Shown here: in pieces, positions 10,901 through 18,392 of the stretch
Layout of the letters: every line of letters starts with the position of its first letter
Position numbering within the stretch: the first letter of the stretch is position 1
Assembly: GCA_964410905.1 (NCBI GenBank)
Contig: CAYPIR010000004.1
Location: forward strand, 9,878 to 73,877
Direction: 5' to 3'
Length of the DNA: 64,000 bases
Source of the DNA: an uncultured bacterium
Lineage (GTDB): Bacteria; Omnitrophota; Omnitrophia; Omnitrophales; Aquincolibacteriaceae
Program-made: the position numbers and the translations under genes
The notes under the pieces: generated by a model
Databases searched by the model: none
Seen by the model: the letters and a program-made list of their open reading frames with translations, nothing else
Told to the model about the DNA's origin: nothing

Positions 10901-13161
10901 CCTGATGCTCTAATTTTAAATTCGACAAGTGTTCCACGCAGTTTCTCTTCTGAAACATTTTTCTTTTCCAAAAACTTTACGATTGTCCCTCTCTCATCTT
11001 TTAAATCATCCTCAGAAAATGAAAAAATAGGCTGTGTTTGCCGCCCGCGATTTTCGCTTCTACTGACAAGATTTTTGGGATACATAAAAAACGAATCGCC
11101 CGCGCCCTTTAAAATCCATTCTTTTTCATCTTTTAAATTCGTAGCCTCTAACAGTTTAGTTAAAATAACTCGACCGGCGGAGTCAGGCATTAACAAATAA
11201 GCGTTTCCATTTTTTTTGTCTAAGTATTTTTGCCGTTCTTCTAAATTTTCCGGCAAATCTCGGGCAATGTTTCTATCCCAAATCTTCTGAGTGAAAACGC
11301 GCACTCGTTTGTTTTTTTCTTCATAAAGCGCCACCAACGCATCGGTGCTTTCAGATCCAATCGCCTTGCGAAATTCCGCAGGAATAGTTATCCGATTTTT
11401 TCCATCAAGATTAAGAAGGAATGTTCCTAAAAATTTACTTTCATAATCAACATCTATTAATTTCCTTAAAACATATTCAACAAGCTGTGGATTAATTTGC
11501 CCAACATTATCAACTATTTGTTTCACGAGAAGAGCGTAATCTCTTCGCCAATTTTCCGGATTCTGCGCTTGAGAGAATCTAATATCGCTCCGAACAGTCG
11601 GAGCTATATATGAACCGGAAACGCTTTTTCGTCCTAAAAGCGCCGTTAGATAATTTTTTTTATCTTGGAATGAAACTTCGCTTATTTTTGGGGTAATGCC
11701 GATATATGAAGCATAGTTTTTTTGAAACGCTTTTTGGAATCCTTCGGTATGAAATCCGCCCGTAATTAAAATCGTTTTTGTTTCGCCAAGTTCTTTTAAG
11801 CGGCTAAAAACGTTTTCCGCCATAAAATTTTCACGCTCAATCGCTCCCTCGTAAAACTTAAGAGCGTTTGAAAAAGTCTCTTTAACGCTCTGAAACTCCG
11901 CTTCGCGCGTAAGAGACAAATCAATTTGGGCGAGCTTAACTATCGATAATTTCTCTTCCCTCAACAAGTCATATTCCCGTCTGGACATTTCAAGCCGCAA
12001 CGCTTTTTTTATGAGTGAATATTCGTTTAAATTTTGAACAAGATTTTTTTCATCATTTGTTTTAATTAATTTTTCTTCGATTTCTTTAATAAGCCGCTCT
12101 ATTTCCGTTTGCAAGGTCTCGATATCAATTTCGGAAGTCAAAATCATTTTTTGTATAAAAACTTTAAGATTCGGATATGCGTCAAAAGAAAAATCTGCGG
12201 GGCTTGCGTCTACCAGACGTTCAAAAATAAACCTTGTTTCGTAAATTGGAAGTTCATTTCGGGAAGCGAGATCAAAGACTTTCTCAATATCAGCCACGAC
12301 TTTAGGATTTTCAAAACCTTCGTTTTTAATGTTTAGTCGAATATCATTTAAAAATTGTTCTTTCTCTTCCTCGAGTTTTTGGGAGGTGGGATTTTTTTCC
12401 GATTTAATTTTGAAATACCGAGTAAGAGCAGGATAATTTATTTGCTCGCTAATGTCCGCTAGATTTTTTTCTAGTTCCGATGAGTATGTCTTCTTTAATC
12501 TCTCAACCCAATCAGTGAGGGTTATTTTCCCGTCTTCGTAAGCAGTTTTCTCCGTTAAAAATTCACGAAGATTTTTATTCAGTTTTTCCCCCGCGGACTT
12601 TTGCCATTTTATATAAATTTTATTCAAAAACGTTTCCACTATTTTACGCTTAGAAAAAACTTCACGATAAAGCTCAAGATTCTTTTTATACTCTTCGGGA
12701 TTTTCAACTCCCCAGCCTTGAACAGCGTCTGGATGCTTCATCAGAAACGCTTCCGCCCCTGTCATTTCTCCCGCGCTCATCAATGCTTTATTAATTTTAT
12801 TTTGGACAGCTTCGTCTTCGGAGAATACGAAAAAATCGGGGTCAAGCTGAAAGCCCGCGCCTTCCATCAAAACCAGATTAATCCCGTAAGATTGGTATAG
12901 ATGCTCCAAAATAGCTTGTATGTTTTTTTGCGCGTCATAATTAGAATGCGCCTCTTGAATATGAACAATAAGCGGCGCGTCATTTTTCGCAAAAACAACT
13001 TTATCAATACTGCCAAGACCAAGCGGAATTTCCAAGCCAAAAGCCTTTGAAGAAGCCCCCGCTGTTACAAGCGTCGGCGCGTTCGCGAAAATATTTGTCG
13101 CAAAAAAAGTGGTTAAAACGCTAATTGATATGATTTTTTTAATTTGATTTTTAAAAGACAT
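7966..13161 (-). CDS. Giant (1731 aa) predicted secreted protein of unknown function. N-terminal Sec signal peptide, TraB/GumN-like N-terminal region, internal MraZ-like module, about 1000 aa unassigned C-terminal region
   Basis: Single uninterrupted ORF with an AAGAGGA RBS before the ATG. N-terminus MSFKNQIKKIISISVLTTFFATNIFANA|PT looks like a signal peptide with an AXA cleavage site. Residues about 577-697 align motif-for-motif with MraZ (see findings). Confidence 0.7.
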   Translation of the reverse strand: MSFKNQIKKIISISVLTTFFATNIFANAPTLVTAGASSKAFGLEIPLGLGSIDKVVFAKNDAPLIVHIQEAHSNYDAQKNIQAILEHLYQSYGINLVLMEGAGFQLDPDFFVFSEDEAVQNKINKALMSAGEMTGAEAFLMKHPDAVQGWGVENPEEYKKNLELYREVFSKRKIVETFLNKIYIKWQKSAGEKLNKNLREFLTEKTAYEDGKITLTDWVERLKKTYSSELEKNLADISEQINYPALTRYFKIKSEKNPTSQKLEEEKEQFLNDIRLNIKNEGFENPKVVADIEKVFDLASRNELPIYETRFIFERLVDASPADFSFDAYPNLKVFIQKMILTSEIDIETLQTEIERLIKEIEEKLIKTNDEKNLVQNLNEYSLIKKALRLEMSRREYDLLREEKLSIVKLAQIDLSLTREAEFQSVKETFSNALKFYEGAIERENFMAENVFSRLKELGETKTILITGGFHTEGFQKAFQKNYASYIGITPKISEVSFQDKKNYLTALLGRKSVSGSYIAPTVRSDIRFSQAQNPENWRRDYALLVKQIVDNVGQINPQLVEYVLRKLIDVDYESKFLGTFLLNLDGKNRITIPAEFRKAIGSESTDALVALYEEKNKRVRVFTQKIWDRNIARDLPENLEERQKYLDKKNGNAYLLMPDSAGRVILTKLLEATNLKDEKEWILKGAGDSFFMYPKNLVSRSENRGRQTQPIFSFSEDDLKDERGTIVKFLEKKNVSEEKLRGTLVEFKIRASGTVYTIIIDDTKGRQPFIMVDSLSKQLHVEGVEDLLWMRVVKENEVAWGSLRDEVRSDENNRSEQRIVAATYEELDRLASEFSAKGIGYSDLNGWADEMVKTKRSPFENEHSLIEVVAKTEIEKLAGSLSTDNMDVLLTRIPEASRLLREIARRIEVKSIFKRVAATAETLNWQKAVFYTTQLASFEDIFDETEKTEFQKIKRNAVEGFAAFRKGIFKKIDGVSAVEEKRAIFLTVYDEDYADIWNDISRVVSEQIKDEETLTLLDTFVLDVFGQYLQESANERAWSPAIFKNAGYKIYLEKAIKRQNQKISGDEEFVTSTDLITAYPFRYEKGPVYLLVFDRGWFGYPQGKKSDAAKVWGRIQGGPVWKGLLPGVGTVRIEDAGLSAKYGSYSVGDITQRGLDVGIPKDVGFQALKITRIDTKERKELGRVGHPFLLAVLDLSQGHLFAGKQNNADFIAREIQKAQEMPGALKELLQEISGLPRNVAVGTFARGMRAVMSFVTFLEPSLLDEMKNWDFGYYSQLKKTIESEKYKGFFKDGKALIRKTDPTSGFAMSRKFKERNLFNVIHFSSEPYNVQDGKAWFKVLDLSKSPIQNSSTASYVVVNALRGRIYGIRSGDSFYHSKDGDGWTVGVPVNREGANGRDRTQWLEAVRLPHYLKYSIEARLEKENLKNGVDAEEFQAGTTLLPSEKESEKILEIFNKAMAEFDRRLRLGRDEGYSRVGNENAIDWTVRKRDAFGSSGNSIVEAIVYRADVRARKNEENIPSSYFLNENKTADGNAGGSESSSRFVTAEVTDGLASALANPERLAADTEASNSISSKGAKTSIQNAVGALGLEVNGNDSFILGADLALAKGKGLLALAKTIYAGSSFVILEKDRSQIESIKKIIAAENLQNRVEVFSDATEAVKFLAKNGISLKAMISSDELALAEELTEALREKPIVVNEKMINRFLNLAGTLFKSLAEKLASDFVIAKSA

Positions 13162-13376
13162 AAGATCCTCTTTCCATCATCACGAGATTTTGAAAACATC
13201 TCAAGAAGATTAACATATCTTTTTCAAAATTCAACCGATTGACAAAGTTTTTTTATATCTCTTTAAAAGCCTTAAGAAACAAAGAAAATTCATAATTCTT
13301 TATGTTTTTTAATGATTATTTTAAGGCGGGTTTTATTAAAATTACTGTATCTTGACAAGCGTCGCTATGAAATGTT

Positions 13377-13817
13377 TTATTTTGCTTCTGCTTTTTCTTT
13401 CCAATTGGCAAGAGTGTTGGAGAAACTTTCATCGAGAATATTGCGAACTTTTTCTTCACCCAAAAGCATTCCCGCTATTCCTAAATTCCAACTGACCTTA
13501 ACATTTACCTGAACGCCGCCATCAACGGATTTTAAAAAATGTTCGCGCTTCATCACTCCGCCCATCGGCAATTTTGCCTCAATCACGGCAAAGCTCATAG
13601 GCTCCCATACGGTAAACTCATTTTCGCTTTCAATATGTTGCTTGCCAATCTCGCATTGCTCAATCCATTTCAATCCCTTGCCTTCAAAGACGCTTCCTGT
13701 TTTGTCAGATTCTCGAACGCCGTCAACCCAGCTGGACATTTTAGAGACATCAGCCAGCATTCCCCAAACTTTTTCCAAGTCGGCGTTAATAATTATTTCT
13801 TTTTCAAGATTACCCAT
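13377..13817 (-). CDS. SRPBCC-superfamily (polyketide cyclase/START-like) small protein
   Basis: 146 aa; MGNLEKEIIINADLEKVWGMLADVSKMSSWVDGV... pattern typical of the SRPBCC ligand-binding fold. Confidence 0.5.
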   Translation of the reverse strand: MGNLEKEIIINADLEKVWGMLADVSKMSSWVDGVRESDKTGSVFEGKGLKWIEQCEIGKQHIESENEFTVWEPMSFAVIEAKLPMGGVMKREHFLKSVDGGVQVNVKVSWNLGIAGMLLGEEKVRNILDESFSNTLANWKEKAEAK

Positions 13818-13829
13818 TTTATAAATCCT

Positions 13830-14597
13830 TTACTTCAGTTTAATCGCGACGGGCGCGTGATCAGAACCCAAAACCGATTTTAAAATAGTAGCTTCACAAA
13901 CGCGCTTTGCAAGATTTTCTGAAACAAAATGATAGTCGATTCTCCATCCTACATTTCTGGCGCGCGCGCCAGTTTTCATATCCCACCAAGAATACTGGTC
14001 AATCTCCCGTTCATGCAAATCTCTAAAAACATCTCTTTGCCCGTCATTTATAAACGAATCAATCCACGCTCTTTCCATCGGCAAAAATCCTGACGTGTTT
14101 TCGTTTTCCTTCGGTCGCGCCAAATCTATTTCTTTGTGCGCCGTATTGTAATCGCCGCAAATTATCACTTCCTTTTTCTTTTTTAATTTCGCAACAAACT
14201 TGGACGTTTTCGCGTAAAAATCCATTTTGTATTGAAGTCGCTCGCTAGAAGCCTTTCCGTTTGGGAAGTAAATATTAAGAAAGAAAAAATCTTTATACTC
14301 TGCGCAAATCGCGCGCCCTTCGGAGTCAAACTTCGCAACACCAAAACCGTTTGTTATTTTTATAGGTTTTTCTTTTGAAAAAATCGCGACACCGCTGTAG
14401 CCGGGTCTCTCGGCGGAATTCCAATATGTGTTGTAGCCATCGGGGTTAAGTAGAAACAAATCGAGTTGTTCTCGGCGGGCTTTGGTTTCTTGAACGCCTA
14501 AAATATCTGGTTGTTCTGTTCGAAGCCACTCCAAGAAACCTTTTTTCTGAGCGGCGCGAATTCCATTCACATTCCAAGAAATGATATTTAGAGTCAT
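13830..14597 (-). CDS. xthA: Exodeoxyribonuclease III (AP endonuclease)
   Basis: 255 aa; N-terminal ISWNVNGIRA, QETK, C-terminal SDHAPV motifs of the ExoIII/APE1 family. Confidence 0.85.
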   Translation of the reverse strand: MTLNIISWNVNGIRAAQKKGFLEWLRTEQPDILGVQETKARREQLDLFLLNPDGYNTYWNSAERPGYSGVAIFSKEKPIKITNGFGVAKFDSEGRAICAEYKDFFFLNIYFPNGKASSERLQYKMDFYAKTSKFVAKLKKKKEVIICGDYNTAHKEIDLARPKENENTSGFLPMERAWIDSFINDGQRDVFRDLHEREIDQYSWWDMKTGARARNVGWRIDYHFVSENLAKRVCEATILKSVLGSDHAPVAIKLK

Positions 14598-14606
14598 TAG
14601 AATAAT

Positions 14607-15020
14607 TTATTTATATAGAGTTAAAAATTCTTGCGCGCGATCAAGCTGATCCGTGCGTATAACAAGACAACCGCTGTCTTGAGAGGAAGACGCGGTGCAA
14701 TAAGCATAAGCTATATTAATATCCGCCTCCGCGAGTCGTTGACAAATTTTAGTAAGCACGCCCGACTTGTTATCGATTTCAATTACAAGAACATCTTGTT
14801 CCGTGACAAAAAGTTCTTCTTGTTCAAGAAGCAGTCCGGCTTTTGTCGGATTATCCACGATAAACCGAACCACGCCATTATCAACCGCGTCATGAACCGT
14901 CATCGCGAGAATATTGATGTTTGCCTCTGATAACACCGAACAAGCCCGAGCCATTACGCCCGGTCTGTTGGATAAAAAAACGGAAAGTTGTTTTTGTATA
15001 GGCATCGCTCGTCTCTCCAT
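14607..15020 (-). CDS. ACT-domain protein (tandem ACT)
   Basis: 137 aa; two beta-alpha-beta-beta-alpha-beta ACT-like halves (LSVFLSNRPGVMARACSVLSEANINI..., IEIDNKSGVLTKICQRLAEADINI...). Confidence 0.55.
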   Translation of the reverse strand: MERRAMPIQKQLSVFLSNRPGVMARACSVLSEANINILAMTVHDAVDNGVVRFIVDNPTKAGLLLEQEELFVTEQDVLVIEIDNKSGVLTKICQRLAEADINIAYAYCTASSSQDSGCLVIRTDQLDRAQEFLTLYK

Positions 15021-15230
15021 CGACTGTTAACAAATATTAACGATAAACTTTTTTAAAAAAGCAAATAAAGTTTATATTCACCAGCTTACTCTTTAGTCAG
15101 CGCCATTTGTTACAAAACATAATTTTTTGCTAGGTTAGAACTGCAAAAGGATATCACGCTAGGAAGCGTCCTTCTAGCTAATTTATGAGAATTTACATTA
15201 ACCGTGTCTGGCAAAAGTCGAACTGACTGG

Positions 15231-15575
15231 TTATGCAAAGGCAGGTCGGCTTAACACATTTGTCGAAGCGTATTTCAAACGAGATCGTTTGGGGCGAATA
15301 ACAATTTCAACATCGTTTCCCAATCGATTTAACATTTCAAAAAGATTGTCTAAAGAGAAAAGGTTTATTTTGCCGTTTAAAAGACAAGACACTTTAGGCT
15401 GTGAAATATTCAGAGTTTCCGCGATTTGTTTTTGTTTTAACCCTCGTTTTTTAATTATTTCGTTAATTTTCAACATCACTTCTGCGCGCGCGCGAATGCG
15501 TTCGGGCATATTTATTTTGATGTCAGAAAACACATCATTGCTTTCGTGTTGAATTTTAATTTTTTGAATCATCAT
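15231..15575 (-). CDS. HigA-type XRE-family antitoxin / HTH regulator
   Basis: 114 aa; HTH (LKQKQIAETLNISQPKVSCLLNG). Its ATG overlaps (ATGA) the stop of the upstream HigB-like reading frame. Confidence 0.65.
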   Translation of the reverse strand: MMIQKIKIQHESNDVFSDIKINMPERIRARAEVMLKINEIIKKRGLKQKQIAETLNISQPKVSCLLNGKINLFSLDNLFEMLNRLGNDVEIVIRPKRSRLKYASTNVLSRPAFA

Positions 15576-15951
15576 TTATTCCCTTTCAAATAATAATTCT
15601 TATAATCCTTTCTCGCCGTTTTAAATCTTGTCCAAATCAGCCTCATTTCTATAAGCGGTGTCTTGATGTCATGCTTCGATTTTTTTGAAAACACTGCAGT
15701 GCATAAATTGCTTTCGGATATTTTATTGTATAAACAACACGGTAAGTTCCGCCTTTGGAATTATCAAAAGTTTTAAATATTCTCGTATTCCCAAAACCTG
15801 ATAACCGATTTGTCCTATAAGGCTACCCTCTGCGCTGGACAAGAAAAAGTCCGTATCCAATATTTTCTTTAACAGACTCTGGGAAACCGTTCTGATCTTC
15901 TCTAGCTAACTCAACGAAATCTATTTTCCTTACTTTTGTCGCATCTTTCAT
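15572..15951 (-). pseudogene. HigB-like (Gp49/RelE-superfamily) toxin, disrupted by an in-frame TAG and a -1 frameshift
   Basis: Minus-strand reading from the ATG at 15951 gives MKDATKVRKIDFVELAREDQNGFPESVKENIGYGLFLVQRRG, then TAG (15823-15825), then PYRTNRLSGFGNTRIFKTFDNSKGGTYRVVYTIKYPKAIYALQCFQ. A run of A7 (plus-strand T7 at 15680-15686) then shifts the frame. In the +1 frame the read continues KKSKHDIKTPLIEMRLIWTRFKTARKDYKNYYLKGNK* and ends on a TGA that overlaps the antitoxin ATG. This matches the HigB consensus (G.YRVIY...LHAFQKKTQKTP..EI..A..R). Confidence 0.6.
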
Positions 15952-16120
15952 AATATATCATATTTGATATAAATTAACGAGCTTCTTGTTTTTACAAAAA
16001 GAATATATTTATATATAAAATATTACATATCAATTTGCATGTCACCGCTCCGTTTTTAACCAAAAAAAGTGCAATAGACGTTGTGCATGCCAATCATTTC
16101 ATGGACAGATTTTGATACTT

Positions 16121-16250
16121 AGTCATCGCATCGATGCCCAATGCATCGATACTGGAAGTACCACAACCTTACGTTTGCAGTCATTCCGCATCGATGCCCA
16201 ATGCATCGATACTGGAAGTACCACAACCTTACGGCACTGTCATTCCGCGC
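16121..16250. repeat. 60-bp direct tandem repeat, about 2.2 copies, each containing the palindrome GCATCGATGC
   Basis: 16127-16173 and 16187-16233 are identical over 47 bp (cgcatcgatgcccaatgcatcgatactggaagtaccacaaccttacg). A third unit starts at 16241 (tcattccgcg) and then diverges. Confidence 0.85.
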
Positions 16251-16523
16251 GTTGCTTTTTAACGTCGCGGAATCCAAATACAAAAAACCTTTAGAACCTG
16301 CAACTTCACTACGTTTCGTGCAGGATGACGCAATAGACGAATGCTACGAGGCAGACTCGCTATTACGTATCGGCGAATTCAAACTGGACGAGACGACAAA
16401 TCCTCGCTTGTTTGTGTCAATGCAATGAGCATTGACTTGTCGCCGATGCCGCTTAACTAATCCTGTTTACGAAATTATTGACTTCTACAGACGTGATAAA
16501 TTTTTTGACCCGTTTTTGCTTTA

Positions 16524-18122
16524 ATGGCAAACTACGCGCCTATGCAACAATTGCAGCCGACAAAAAAACAAAATCTATTGGCACAGCTTTTTAAAATCAA
16601 AGATTTAAGTCTGATTTTAAAAGAATCACACGACCCCGCGAAGCAACTCAAAAAATCGCTAACCGCTCTCGACCTCATTTTCTTAGGCATCGGCGCGATT
16701 ATCGGCGCGGGAATTTTTACCGTAGTCGGAACCGCCGCGGCGGGAGACTTAGTCCGTCCCGGCGCAGGCCCCGGAATTATTCTGTCGTTTGTTTTAAGCG
16801 CTGTCGCGTGCGGTTTTGCCGCTCTTTGTTATTCAGAGTTCGCCGCGATGATTCCAATATCAGGTAGCGCTTACACTTATTCATATGCTTCTTTTGGCGA
16901 GCTCATAGCGTGGGTTATCGGGTGGGATTTGATTTTAGAATATACAGTCGCCAATATCGCTGTCGCAATAAGTTGGTCGGGCTATTTCACAGAATTCATT
17001 CACGGCTTTGGCGTTTATCTTCCAGAGTGGGCAACGGTAGATTTTAAAACAGCGTTTCATGGATTTGAAAAAGCGGCAACGCTGCTAGCGCAGGGGCAAA
17101 CCCTCGAATCTCTTCCCCACGCTCTGCAAAAAACATATCTGGCGATTCACAACGCTCCGCATTTTCTTGGAATGCCGGTTGTGGTAAACGCTCCCGCGTT
17201 TATTATTGTTTTCCTCATTACAACTCTTCTTGTCATCGGCATAAAAGAAAGCGCACGGTTCACTTCGTTTATGGTTGTTATCAAACTTTTGATTTTGGCT
17301 CTTTTTGTAAGCGTAGGAATTTTTTACGTTAAACCGGAAAACTGGACACCGTTTGCCCCGAACGGTTTTGCCGGAATAAAAACAGGCGCCGCCATTGTCT
17401 TTTTTGCTTACATAGGGTTTGACGCCGTGTCCACAGTCGCCGAAGAAACAAAAAATCCGCAAAAAAATCTTCCTATCGGAATTTTAGGCTCGCTGGTTAT
17501 TTGCACGTTTATTTACATAATCGTCTCAGCGATATTTACAGGCATGATCCCGTTTTCATTATTAAAAGAAACTCCCGCGCATCAAAAAGCGGAAGCTCTT
17601 GCTTGGGCAATGCGTTTTATCGGACAAAATTGGGCAACGGGAATTGTCGCTGCGGGCGCGCTAACCGCGCTAACGGCTGTATTGCTTGTTATGCAGCTAG
17701 GACAAACTCGTATATTTTTCGCGATGTCGCGAGACGGGCTTTTGCCTCGTTTTTTTTCAAAAGTTCATCCCAAATTTAAAACACCTTATATCACAACTAT
17801 TTTAACGGGACTTTTCGTTGCGTCCGTGGCGTCGTTTACAAACATAGACGATATGGTCGATTTGACAAACATTGGGACACTATTCGCCTTCGCACTGGTT
17901 TGTTTTGGTGTAATTATTCTGAGAGTAAAAGAGCCGTATAAACATCGTTCTTTTTCCGTTCCATTGAATCCTCTTCTTCCGCTGCTTGGCGTTGCGTCTT
18001 GTGTTTTTTTAATGACAGGGCTTCCGACAATTACGTGGATTCGTTTCGTGATTTGGCTTGTGTTGGGACTTTGTTTTTATTTCATTTACGGATTAAAACA
18101 TAGTCTTTTACATAAAAACTAA
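16524..18122 (+). CDS. Amino acid permease (APC superfamily)
   Basis: 532 aa, 12+ hydrophobic helices; N-terminal signature LDLIFLGIGAIIGAGIFTVVG typical of APC-family amino-acid transporters. Confidence 0.8.
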   Translation: MANYAPMQQLQPTKKQNLLAQLFKIKDLSLILKESHDPAKQLKKSLTALDLIFLGIGAIIGAGIFTVVGTAAAGDLVRPGAGPGIILSFVLSAVACGFAALCYSEFAAMIPISGSAYTYSYASFGELIAWVIGWDLILEYTVANIAVAISWSGYFTEFIHGFGVYLPEWATVDFKTAFHGFEKAATLLAQGQTLESLPHALQKTYLAIHNAPHFLGMPVVVNAPAFIIVFLITTLLVIGIKESARFTSFMVVIKLLILALFVSVGIFYVKPENWTPFAPNGFAGIKTGAAIVFFAYIGFDAVSTVAEETKNPQKNLPIGILGSLVICTFIYIIVSAIFTGMIPFSLLKETPAHQKAEALAWAMRFIGQNWATGIVAAGALTALTAVLLVMQLGQTRIFFAMSRDGLLPRFFSKVHPKFKTPYITTILTGLFVASVASFTNIDDMVDLTNIGTLFAFALVCFGVIILRVKEPYKHRSFSVPLNPLLPLLGVASCVFLMTGLPTITWIRFVIWLVLGLCFYFIYGLKHSLLHKN

Positions 18123-18322
18123 TTTCCTTATATCTTTTTCTCCATCCACTTTTCCTCTTTTAAAAGTCTCTCAACTATCTTCGCCGCGCCAGCCGCGATT
18201 GACGCGATAGGAGTTAATGAAAATTTATTGTTTTTTATAAACGGAGTCGCGTCCATCGATTGATATTCTCGTTTGCGTTTAAATCAGTTTAAAATTTTTT
18301 TTGCGTTTTACGACAAAAAGGG

Positions 18323-18351
18323 TTGACCTTCACGAGAAAATAAAATATAAG
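18323..18351 (+). promoter_or_regulatory. Sigma70-like promoter TTGACC-17-TATAAG upstream of homospermidine synthase
   Basis: TTGACC at 18323-18328, 17-nt spacer, TATAAG at 18346-18351; AAGGAGG RBS at about 18381-18387 before the ATG at 18393. Confidence 0.45.
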
Positions 18352-18392
18352 TAAAAAGTTTGTTCACGCAAATCCTAAAAAAGGAGGCAACG

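Noticed and set aside
15021-15230. 210-bp gap between the ACT-domain gene and the HigA gene with short dyads (e.g. ctaggaagcgtccttctag)
   Set aside because: The stems are short and imperfect. Nothing beyond an ordinary 3' UTR or promoter region can be supported from sequence alone.
15823-15825. In-frame TAG (and the TAA at 20570) as evidence of stop-codon reassignment or an alternative genetic code
   Set aside because: All of the roughly 80 other genes in the window, including highly conserved ribosomal and RNAP genes, terminate normally on TAA, TAG and TGA and have no internal stops. The HigB frame also has a separate frameshift. These are therefore lesions in dispensable genes, not recoding.
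16121-16250. Possible CRISPR array
   Set aside because: Only about 2.2 repeat copies; the intervening 'spacers' are 13-14 bp; no cas genes nearby; the repeats contain perfect palindromes typical of protein-binding sites rather than CRISPR repeats.
16112-16428. Two ORF-track entries (60 aa and 95 aa) inside the tandem-repeat region upstream of the permease
   Set aside because: Their peptides are internally duplicated (IDAQCIDTGSTTTLR x2, HRYWKYHNLT x2) because they simply translate the 60-bp DNA repeat. There is no RBS or coding signature, so they are treated as non-coding repeat or leader.
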